DNA of 64,000 nt, from contig OY970325.1 in NCBI GenBank assembly GCA_963717145.1, positions 2,496,001 to 2,560,000 on the forward strand. The letters run 5' to 3'. How positions within the stretch are numbered: position 1 is the first letter of the stretch; the number at the start of each line of letters is the position of its first letter. Of this stretch, positions 31,772 through 40,407 are shown piece after piece. Under the pieces are notes generated by a model. The model was not told the origin of the DNA. It did no database searches and saw nothing but the letters and a program-made list of their open reading frames with translations. The position numbers and the translations under genes were made by a program. The stretch comes from an uncultured Armatimonadetes bacterium. Lineage in GTDB: Bacteria; Armatimonadota; UBA5829; DTJY01.

Positions 31772-34011
31772 CCTGTACTGTAGACCTCCCTTGGCAGAGG
31801 CTCCTCACGGGTAGTCCCCGGCATGAAACTCTTGATCCAGTCCGGCGGCGGCGGAGCTTTCTTCTGCTTCAGCATCTCCTGCCACTTCTCGTCGGTAAGC
31901 CGGTCGCTGGAGGGATGCACGAATTCGTGATAGGAGAAGACGGCCCCTCTCGTGAGATAGAGCTTCCCCTCAATGGGCACGACGACGTAGACTTCGTTCG
32001 CGTGGCCGACGCCCTCCTCCAGGCAGTCACTCCCGCTGGTGTGGACATCGGCGACTATGGCCATGTTCTTGTCGGTCTCGCTGGTGATCTCATACCACTT
32101 CGTCGGTTGACCCTCCATGACCGAGAGCGTCAACCTCTCCAAGTCGGCCCCATAGTACCTGATCTGTTCGTATTCCTGCTCGGTGAGCTTCTTGTTCGTA
32201 AGCTCCTTGACCGATATGTCTCTTAGGAAGGTGAGCAGATCTTCGAACTGGCTGAACTTCTCGGCTACCTCGTCAGTGATGAGATCGCGAGACTTCAACC
32301 CTGCTCTCGACGCCTTGGTCAGCCAAAGGAGCCGGTTATAGAACTCGACGTTCGGCTCGACGTATCCTTTGGGCATGGGACGGAATTCCCCGCCGCCGCA
32401 CTCAATACCACTCTGCTTGCCATACAGGATGGTATCGTGCCGAAGCTCGGCCCAGCTTCCGAGCGCTGTGTTCAGGCCCTTATCCGTCCACGCCTGGTTT
32501 GTCATAAACGATGGATAGCCTTTCCCGAACGGCTCGATCAGCGAATCGAGGCTCCAGAGCCATCCCCAATAGAGATTCGAGCGCCAGGTGCTCCCCGGCG
32601 TTTTGTCGAACTGCTTGCGGAGGCTCGTCCGTCGGGGTACATAGTCATCCCAGTGCGACGGCTCCTTGTAGACGTTGTCCAGGATATCGACCGCCCGGTC
32701 CGAGCCAAGGACCGCCATCACGTCGAGTCCTCTCGGGAATGGACGCTCAGGATACATCGAGAGCTTCTGGAGGATCTCGCTGTCCGGAATGTAGCGCTGG
32801 CCCATGAACTTGAATTGCCGGCCCATCGGCATCTGACCCTTGCCCTTACGGATATCGAAGAGCCTCACGTCGATCCTCGGATACGGGAGCTTCATCAACT
32901 CGTTATAGACCTGCTGGAGCTTCTTCTGGTCCTGAAGCTCGTTATAGCTTACGTTTGGGCCGTAGACCTTGTCCATCACCGCCTTGTACTGGTATGGAGT
33001 CAGGTCGTCGGCCTTCCCGACGTAGAAGGCGGTCGGCTCATAGATGCGGTCCCAAGCCTCGATCGCCGGCTTTCCCTTCACGTTGGCATCATAGAGCATC
33101 TTGGTGATCAGCAGCGCCTGCCTGATCTGAGGCCACGCCGGGTCGCCGATGAAGTCGCCGGTCGCGTGATTGGCCCCCGTGATCGGCCAGATAACGGGGA
33201 ACGACATGAAGCCATACCACATCATCGACCGGAAGAACTTCTTCAGCGGCTCACTCCTGGTATAGTGACCGCGCGGTATGAACTGCGAGTAGTCGGGCTG
33301 CCAAGGGAAGAGCGCCGACTGCACGCGGCCGGACGCCTTGCCTATGAGATTGAGTTCTGCGGCCAAAATCTTCTGCTGACCGGCTGTTGGAAGCTTCACG
33401 TTCTGCCCGATCAGCTTGGCGGGAACGGCGAAGTAGACCTGGTTATCGGCGGCGGCCTTCTTCCACGCCGGATCGGTCATCTCCTTGGCGACGGCGTTGC
33501 TCTCCTTCACCATCGACGCTGTGAGCGAGCTGAGTTGGTCGTACAGCTTGCTGGTTTCCACCTTGCGCAGGGTGAAATCGTAGAAGATGTGATAGACCTG
33601 CAGGACGCTGTCGGTCGTGACGAAGCTTCCGACATTCTTGTAGTCGTTGTTCTCGTAGATGAAGAAGAGCTGCTGCTCGTTGGTGGGAGCGCCGAAGAAC
33701 CCATTCTTCGCGAGCAGCGCCTTCTGCTCGGCGGTGAATGTGCCGAACTCCTTCCAGTTGACGACGTTACTCATATCGGCCTTGACCGTATATGAGGCGA
33801 CCGACGCCTTTACCGTCAACGGCTTGTAGGGAATATCGAACCCCTTCGGCGGGAGTTTCACCAACACGGGGGCAGCAGGCGTGGCGGATGGCGGCTTGCT
33901 CAATGCGATCGGCGCGGCCTTCTCCTTCGCGCCCCACATGCCGTGAGTCGCGTAGACGACTGCGGCAATGAGCGCGACTGCCAGGATGATGACGAGATAC
34001 TTCCTCTTCAT
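31765..34011 (-). CDS. DUF3160 domain protein
   Basis: FVTTDSVL, DYSQFIPRGHYT, WAELRHDTILYGKQS, GYVEP, IVADVHT. Confidence 0.88.
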   Translation of the reverse strand: MKRKYLVIILAVALIAAVVYATHGMWGAKEKAAPIALSKPPSATPAAPVLVKLPPKGFDIPYKPLTVKASVASYTVKADMSNVVNWKEFGTFTAEQKALLAKNGFFGAPTNEQQLFFIYENNDYKNVGSFVTTDSVLQVYHIFYDFTLRKVETSKLYDQLSSLTASMVKESNAVAKEMTDPAWKKAAADNQVYFAVPAKLIGQNVKLPTAGQQKILAAELNLIGKASGRVQSALFPWQPDYSQFIPRGHYTRSEPLKKFFRSMMWYGFMSFPVIWPITGANHATGDFIGDPAWPQIRQALLITKMLYDANVKGKPAIEAWDRIYEPTAFYVGKADDLTPYQYKAVMDKVYGPNVSYNELQDQKKLQQVYNELMKLPYPRIDVRLFDIRKGKGQMPMGRQFKFMGQRYIPDSEILQKLSMYPERPFPRGLDVMAVLGSDRAVDILDNVYKEPSHWDDYVPRRTSLRKQFDKTPGSTWRSNLYWGWLWSLDSLIEPFGKGYPSFMTNQAWTDKGLNTALGSWAELRHDTILYGKQSGIECGGGEFRPMPKGYVEPNVEFYNRLLWLTKASRAGLKSRDLITDEVAEKFSQFEDLLTFLRDISVKELTNKKLTEQEYEQIRYYGADLERLTLSVMEGQPTKWYEITSETDKNMAIVADVHTSGSDCLEEGVGHANEVYVVVPIEGKLYLTRGAVFSYHEFVHPSSDRLTDEKWQEMLKQKKAPPPPDWIKSFMPGTTREEPLPREVYSTGC

Positions 34012-34760
34012 GGACTTACCTCCTTAACCTGCAGACTGTTGTCCTTCCAGACATATGACCTGGTGGATGAACCGCTTCTCACCCGGATGGACCGCTTGTT
34101 CGCCTCCAGGCCCGTCAGCTTCTCAGCACCTGCTCCATTCCACTCGCGCGTGACGCCGAACCCGTCCCACTTGTAGACCGCAAGCTCGTCCGCGCCATCC
34201 CTGGTCTGTTCGACGGCCACGACGCGGACTCCTGAGCCGAGGTCTGCGAGCACGAAATCACTGAATGGCCGGGAGAGCCTTGATCCGAGCCACTTGGGGT
34301 ACATCGTCTTGCCGTCCCAACTGTAGATGAACGGCCGATTCGCCATGATGGGATGGAAGTGCGCCGTCTTGTAGACTCCGACCATCAGGTCGTCGCTGCC
34401 GTCGCCATCGACGTCGCCGATCTGGAGCTTCCACGGCTTGAGGGATTGCGACAGGCCGCTCCACATCTCCTCGAGGGCATCCGGCGTGACCTCGCACAGG
34501 CTCACCGGCTTCTCCCCGTCGGTCAGGACCGCGAGGCACCGTTTGCCATTGAAATCGGCGAGGAGTATCCGCTTGACCCGGACCCCATCGAGCCGGAGAC
34601 GCCTCGCACCGACCTCGATTTCGGAATGGCCGTCGAAGTTGCGCGCGGTCGCCTGCATGCCAGCGAGTGACGTGGTAATGGCCTCAGCCTTATGAGTAGG
34701 CCGAGCACAGCCTGCGATGAGCAGAAAGCTGAGGATGCAAAGACAAGAGATGGTTCGCAC
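34008..34760 (-). CDS. Hypothetical lipoprotein with DVDGDG (FG-GAP-like) motif
   Basis: Lipobox IAGC; GDVDGDGSDDLMVGVYK...RPFIY...WLGSRL. Confidence 0.65.
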   Translation of the reverse strand: MRTISCLCILSFLLIAGCARPTHKAEAITTSLAGMQATARNFDGHSEIEVGARRLRLDGVRVKRILLADFNGKRCLAVLTDGEKPVSLCEVTPDALEEMWSGLSQSLKPWKLQIGDVDGDGSDDLMVGVYKTAHFHPIMANRPFIYSWDGKTMYPKWLGSRLSRPFSDFVLADLGSGVRVVAVEQTRDGADELAVYKWDGFGVTREWNGAGAEKLTGLEANKRSIRVRSGSSTRSYVWKDNSLQVKEVSP

Positions 34761-34764
34761 GTCA

Positions 34765-35914
34765 TCAGTTCATACGACCAGACCGGTCAATCTGTTTCGC
34801 TAAGTCGATGTGCTCTTCTATCGCCTCCACGTAATACTTGTCATGGTTCTCCGCCAAGTCGGTTAGCCCGGAATTCGCGAACCCAACCGCTTCTCGTGCC
34901 CGTTTTCGTATCTCTGGGTCCATCGTGCCGGCCTTCCGCCCCGTCACGAGCGTGAAGTCGCCCAACGCCTGGCAGCCGATATCGACGAAGCCCGCCTTGT
35001 GGAGGAAGTCGAACATCTCGTCCTCGGTGTACGCACCCATCCGCATGTTGAACAACGCCGCCGAGAGCGGTCCGTTCTTCTCAGGGTACAGGACGAAGTC
35101 GCGGATGATGATCAGACCGCCGGGAACGAGGGCATCGAAGGCCTTTGGAGGGATGAGGTCGCCCCTGCTGCCGTGCATCATGCTCGACACGAGCACGACA
35201 TCGTAGCCCTCGCCGAATGGGACCTGCTCGATGTCGCCGACTTGGAACTTCACCCGGTCGGCCATCCCGTAAGAGCCGACCACGCGGTTGAAGATCGGCT
35301 CCGTCTCCGGCAGATCGAAGATCGTGGCGCTCAGTTCAGGATACTCGCGGCAGAGGCAGACGGACATCGTGCCCGGACCGCCGCCGAGATCGAGGAGGCG
35401 CTTCCGGCCGCTCAGATCGAGTGCATCGGCGAGCCGCTCGGCCTCGCCGTTTACCGCGAAGTCGTGCATCGCCTCGATGAACCGCTCATGGATGAAGCCT
35501 TCGGGCACGTTGTGCTTGGCTCGGTATTGAGCCAGGATGTCATTGCTGAGGTCGTTGAAGGGGCCCCGACCAGCCGCCTGTGAGCCAGATCGCATCGCCG
35601 ATGTAGTCGGGCTTCCCGTGGACGAGGTAGCGGTCGGCGATGAGGCTGTTCGTGAAGCACTCCCCGTCGGTGACGAGCAGCCCGATCGACACGGCGACGA
35701 GGAGCACTTTCTCCAGCGCCGACTGCTCGACTCCGGTACGCTCCGAGAGGCCCGCCAGAGTAAGCGAACCGCCCGCGAGTTCGGTGAAGATCTCGATGTT
35801 GTTCGCGACGGCGAATGCCCGCGATGCCTCGAACGCCCGCGCGATCCCGAAGAGATCATCCGGCGTCTCCGCCGGGATGCTGTATCCGTTCTCGATTCCT
35901 CGCTTGTTGGACAT
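34765..35914 (-). CDS. SAM-dependent O-methyltransferase (dimerisation plus Methyltransf_2 domains), frameshift near 35562, with C-terminal tail
   Basis: N-part 35540-35914 and C-part (LDLGGGPG, FDLP, GD) join after removing one base in GGGGCCCC. Confidence 0.85.
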
Positions 35915-35925
35915 ATCCCCTCCTG

Positions 35926-36753
35926 TCAAGCCTTGATTCCTGACATGACTATACCCTTGATGAAGTACCTCTGCGCGGCGACGAAGAGAATGATGCACGG
36001 CGTGATGTGAATCAGCGACGCGGCCATGAGCAGTTCGAGCTGCCCGCCGTACATATCCTGGAACATGCGCAGGCCGATCGAAACCGTGTACTTATCGAGC
36101 GTGTGCAGGTAGATCAGCGGCCCCATGAACTCATCCCAGTGGCCGATGAACGAGAAGATCACCACCGTGGTGAGCGCCGGCTTCGAGAGGGGCAGGATGA
36201 TCCGCCACCAGATGCCGAAGTACGAGCAGCCGTCGATCATCGCCGCCTCGTCGAGGTCGCGGGGGATCGTCATGAAGAACTGACGCAGGAGGAAGATCGT
36301 GAACGCCCCGCCGCCGAAGTAGGCGGGTATGATCAACGGCGCGAACGTGTCGATCAACCGGAAGCTGCGCCAGATCAGGAACGTCGGGATCATCGTGACT
36401 TGGTGCGGAAGCATCATCGTGCCGAGCAGCATGTAGAAGAGCGCCGTTCGACCACTGAACTTGAACCGGGCGAACCCATATGCCACCAGCGACGCCGAGA
36501 ACAACTGTCCGATGAGGCACATGACCGTCACGAACACCGTGTTCCCGAGGAACCTCATGAACGGCAGCACGGTCCATGCCTTAGCGAAGTTGCTCCACAT
36601 GAACGGATGCGGTATCCACTCGATCGGCACGGCACGGACCTGTGCGGCGCCCTTGAGCGCCGAGGTGACCGACCAGAAGAACGGCACACTGACGATCGCC
36701 GCTCCGACGACGAGAAGCGCATATATGGCTGTCCGGCCAGCGAATCTACCCAT
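35926..36753 (-). CDS. Carbohydrate ABC transporter permease (MalG-like)
   Basis: IPRDLDEAAMIDG EAA motif. Confidence 0.93.
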   Translation of the reverse strand: MGRFAGRTAIYALLVVGAAIVSVPFFWSVTSALKGAAQVRAVPIEWIPHPFMWSNFAKAWTVLPFMRFLGNTVFVTVMCLIGQLFSASLVAYGFARFKFSGRTALFYMLLGTMMLPHQVTMIPTFLIWRSFRLIDTFAPLIIPAYFGGGAFTIFLLRQFFMTIPRDLDEAAMIDGCSYFGIWWRIILPLSKPALTTVVIFSFIGHWDEFMGPLIYLHTLDKYTVSIGLRMFQDMYGGQLELLMAASLIHITPCIILFVAAQRYFIKGIVMSGIKA

Positions 36754-36760
36754 CAGGCTT

Positions 36761-36800
36761 CATACTCCCACACTCCCATACTCCCACACTCCCATACTCA
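36761..36800. repeat. Octamer tandem repeat (CAYACTCC)n
   Basis: catactcccacactcccatactcccacactcccatactca. Confidence 0.8.
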
Positions 36801-37760
36801 CTTCGCGTCCCCCTCATAGTGCACCCAAGTGCTCGAGTGCTTGAACTGGATCAGCGTGAATACGAACAGAATGATGAACAGCACCCACGCCAGCGCCGCC
36901 GCGTAGCCCATGTGGAACTGCTCGAATGCGTGCCGGTAGAGATAGAGCACGTAGAAGAGCGTCGCGTTGTTCGGGCCGCCGCCGGTCATGACATACGCCG
37001 CCGTGAAGACCTGGAACGCGCCGATGACCCCGAGCACCATGTTGAAGAAGATTGTCGGCGTCAGGAGCGGGAGCGTCACGTGCCGGAACTGAGCGAGCGC
37101 CCCTGCCCCATCGATCCGCGCGGCCTCATAGTACTCGTCGGCGATCCCCTGCAGGCCCGCGAGGAAGATGATCATCCGCCCGCCACCGATCCCCCATAGG
37201 CTCATCAGGATGAACGCCGGGAGCGCCCACGTGCTCGACTGCAGCCACTCGGGCGGGTGCGCGATCAATGGATGGTATGCGATGCCGTGAAGCGTCGGGA
37301 GCGGGACGTTCATCGTCAGGAAGCTGTTCAGGATGCCGCGCTCGGGATGGAAGACCCACATCCAAACCAAAGCCGACGCGACCGCCGGGGTGAGCGCCGG
37401 GAGGTAGAAGAGGGTCCGGAAGACCGTGACGCCCTTGACCTTCTGGTTGAGCAGAACCGCCAGAAGAAGCGAGCCGGTCAGGCCCATCGGGACGGAGAAC
37501 AGGACGTAGAGCGCGGTGTTCGTGAGCGACTTGAAGAAGACCTCCTGCTCGCTGCCCACGAACATGCGCTGGTAGTTGCCCACGCCGACAAACGTGACAT
37601 GCTGCAGGTCGTACTTGCAGAAGCTGAGTACCAGTGACGCGAGCATCGGCCCGGCGGTGAAGATGACGAACCCCAGCAGCCAGGGACAGATGAACAGGAA
37701 TCCCCAGAAGGAGGCACGGTGAGTCAGCGGTTTCTTCGATTGTTGGCTAGGTTTCGACAT
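36798..37760 (-). CDS. Carbohydrate ABC transporter permease (MalF/UgpA-like)
   Basis: LAGLQGI..EYYEAARIDGA. Confidence 0.93.
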   Translation of the reverse strand: MSKPSQQSKKPLTHRASFWGFLFICPWLLGFVIFTAGPMLASLVLSFCKYDLQHVTFVGVGNYQRMFVGSEQEVFFKSLTNTALYVLFSVPMGLTGSLLLAVLLNQKVKGVTVFRTLFYLPALTPAVASALVWMWVFHPERGILNSFLTMNVPLPTLHGIAYHPLIAHPPEWLQSSTWALPAFILMSLWGIGGGRMIIFLAGLQGIADEYYEAARIDGAGALAQFRHVTLPLLTPTIFFNMVLGVIGAFQVFTAAYVMTGGGPNNATLFYVLYLYRHAFEQFHMGYAAALAWVLFIILFVFTLIQFKHSSTWVHYEGDAK

Positions 37761-38658
37761 GCTGTGATATGTCCACGCCTTTGGCGGCTAACCGATCCAG
37801 GAAGTAGTTCCCAAATGCAGTGACTCGAGGACATGCGCTCGCCGATCTCATTCCACGCTCGTCCTCGGAGATGTCTCCATACCGTAACTCGAACACATCC
37901 CTTACCAAGCCGGCCCACGGTTCACCCACATACTGATCGTATGCATCAGGAACGTGCATCTTGTTGAATAGGAACTCGCCGGTTTCAAGAAAGACCATCG
38001 CACGGGCGAAGTGGAGGATTCTCAGTGAGACCCGATGGATCCCGCCGTAGCCTCGATCCTCGCTCTCGGGGTCTGGATCGGTGAGCGGCAGGACAATCTT
38101 GCACTCCAGCGGGTGTGAGCCGTCGGTCGGGCGGCAGTGAGCCTGCTTGATCCAACAGAACGGAGACTCAAGCACGTGTTGAAGCATATCCTCCGGTCGG
38201 CTGGAAACGATCCGCGGACGGATGTCCTCGCCCCACAGGAGCTTGCTATGCTCCTTGACCGCGAGCTTCAGAACCGGCCCGCACCGCAAGCTGTCGTACA
38301 GCTCGGCGAAATCCGCCGGATCGTAGAACGGCCTCTCGACATAGTTGTACATCGGATCGAGGTTGTACTCCATCAGACGGCTCAGGTGTGCGACGATGCC
38401 GAGTCCCGTTCGACTGCACTCCTCATCAGCGCCGTCCTTCCATACGAGACAACAGTCGATGTCGCTGTCCGGCGCGACACCGCCGTGCGCATAACTCCCG
38501 ATCACGAAGAACGCGCGCAGAGAGTCGCCCACCGCAATCCCGAGCGTGTTGGCCAGACAGAACAGGAAGTCATCGATCCTGTCATCGCCAGTTGGCTCGA
38601 TGAGGTCCGATGCCTCGATGCGCGGGAATCTACTGTGTATCGCCTCTGCCCTGGTCAT
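37747..38658 (-). CDS. Pol-beta superfamily nucleotidyltransferase (ANT/AadA-like layout)
   Basis: VIGSYAHGGVAPDSDID (GS...DxD); LLWGEDIR; start MTRAEAI at 38658. Confidence 0.75.
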   Translation of the reverse strand: MTRAEAIHSRFPRIEASDLIEPTGDDRIDDFLFCLANTLGIAVGDSLRAFFVIGSYAHGGVAPDSDIDCCLVWKDGADEECSRTGLGIVAHLSRLMEYNLDPMYNYVERPFYDPADFAELYDSLRCGPVLKLAVKEHSKLLWGEDIRPRIVSSRPEDMLQHVLESPFCWIKQAHCRPTDGSHPLECKIVLPLTDPDPESEDRGYGGIHRVSLRILHFARAMVFLETGEFLFNKMHVPDAYDQYVGEPWAGLVRDVFELRYGDISEDERGMRSASACPRVTAFGNYFLDRLAAKGVDISQHVET

Positions 38659-38660
38659 CT

Positions 38661-39938
38661 CTACCAATCCTCCTCGTTGAGCGCCTGCTCGATCCTCGGC
38701 TTCATGAACGCGACCGCTTCCTTCGCGTCCAACTCGTTCGTCCACATGCGACTCAGGCCGCGATTGAGTTCTGTTGTCCACTGGATGAACTTCTTGTCGA
38801 TCGGCGGGCGCTTGCCGTAATCCATCTCGCTTCGGAACACGTCGGTATGGTATGGACGAGTGTGCGCCACCAGGTACTCCGGATCGTTGTAGACGCTCTT
38901 GCGCGTGGTGATCCAGCGCCGAAGCTTGCCGCAGATGTACATCTCCGACTTCGCGCTCGTCACGTACTTTACGAATTCGTATGCCTCCCGGGGATGCTTG
39001 CTCTCGATGTAGGTCGCCATCACGTTGCCCTTGAGCGGAGTGAACCTCCCCGCCGGACCCGCGGGCACCGGCGCGACGTCCCACTCGAACGCGCCCTTCG
39101 AGCCCTCAAGGATCACCGCCGTCTGCCCCGACCAGCCGAAGTACATGGCGATCCGTCCCGACTCGAAGCTGAACGCAGACATCGCGCCCTCCGCCGGGGT
39201 CGGCAGGACGTGATGCTTCCATCGGAGGTCCTTCATGAACTGGAGCGCGCGGATCGACTCCGGCGAGTCGAGCACGCAGCGCTTGTAGTCCGGCGTCACG
39301 AGTTCGCCGCCGAACGACCAGATCACGGTCCAGTGATGCGGCATCAGCGTCCCGAACTGAGTGTATCGCCCGCTCGAATCCTTCTTGGTGAGCGCCTTCG
39401 CGGCTTCAAGGTACTCCTTCCAGGTCCAGTGGCCCGCCGCATACTGCTCGTAGGGATCGGGGATGCCGGCCTCGCGGAACAGCGTCTTGTTGTAGTAGAG
39501 GACCTGCCCGCCGAACGCGATGTTGAACCCGTAGAGATGCCCGTTGTATGAGCACTCCACGATCGGCTGAGGGAAATAGTCGTTGATGTCCAAAGTCGGG
39601 TCGTTCTTGACGAACTCGTCGATCGGGCGGAAGTACCCCTTGCGGACGAGCGCCGGGAAGTAGTGCAGCTCGACCTTCATGACATCGGGGGCGGTCCGGC
39701 TGGCGAGCATGATCTGCTGCTTCTGGTGGTAAACCGAGTCCGGCACCATGAAGAGCTTGACCTTGATGCGCGGGTTGTCCCGCTCGAAGTTGTCGATGAT
39801 CTGCTGCTCGACCTTGAGGTGGCTGGCGTTCCCCCAGGCCATGTAGGTGATGGTAACGACGCCCGTGTCTCGGCGCGCGCATCCGCCGATGAAAACGAGC
39901 ATGAATGCAGCGATCAGATGGATTCGTGCGCGGGTCAA
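38661..39938 (-). CDS. Sugar ABC transporter substrate-binding lipoprotein
   Basis: Lipobox IGGC; APDV, YYNKTLF..AGI..P, WTW, F..G..AM. Confidence 0.92.
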   Translation of the reverse strand: MTRARIHLIAAFMLVFIGGCARRDTGVVTITYMAWGNASHLKVEQQIIDNFERDNPRIKVKLFMVPDSVYHQKQQIMLASRTAPDVMKVELHYFPALVRKGYFRPIDEFVKNDPTLDINDYFPQPIVECSYNGHLYGFNIAFGGQVLYYNKTLFREAGIPDPYEQYAAGHWTWKEYLEAAKALTKKDSSGRYTQFGTLMPHHWTVIWSFGGELVTPDYKRCVLDSPESIRALQFMKDLRWKHHVLPTPAEGAMSAFSFESGRIAMYFGWSGQTAVILEGSKGAFEWDVAPVPAGPAGRFTPLKGNVMATYIESKHPREAYEFVKYVTSAKSEMYICGKLRRWITTRKSVYNDPEYLVAHTRPYHTDVFRSEMDYGKRPPIDKKFIQWTTELNRGLSRMWTNELDAKEAVAFMKPRIEQALNEEDW

Positions 39939-40191
39939 CTTACCCTCTGGCAGAGTGATCGCCCCTCACAGGGACGTGCCAGAGTATTACTCACCACCCG
40001 CGCCTTTTCCTTCAGATCAGGGTCTGGAGTAGTACAGGTGCGCACTACCGTCGTCGTCGGATCAGTGCGCCGAGTGCGAGAGGCCGCCTCCGAGCGCCCG
40101 AGCTGCCCCCGCAAGCGAGGCCTTGCCCTCATGCACGTTCCGAGGCACGTGAAAGCGATGCACGTGCGTCTACACCAGACAATCCGACTGC

Positions 40192-40221
40192 TTGACATTC
40201 CGGGCCGCCCGACCTTACACT
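40192..40221 (+). promoter_or_regulatory. Sigma70-type promoter for the NTPase-nuclease pair
   Basis: TTGACA-18-TACACT. Confidence 0.5.
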
Positions 40222-40407
40222 GTGAATCACCAAAGTGACATGCGTAGAGCTGCGAGGCAACACTATGGTAGAAGAGACCAAGTACGTCTGGTGGACGCTA
40301 TCCTATACGCCCCGAAGTTGGGTGGAATTTCCCTGCATGTCCTATTCCTGCTTTACATTTATTGCATCGCATGCCGGCTGTAGAGCTGCTGGACCAAGGA
40401 GTACATT

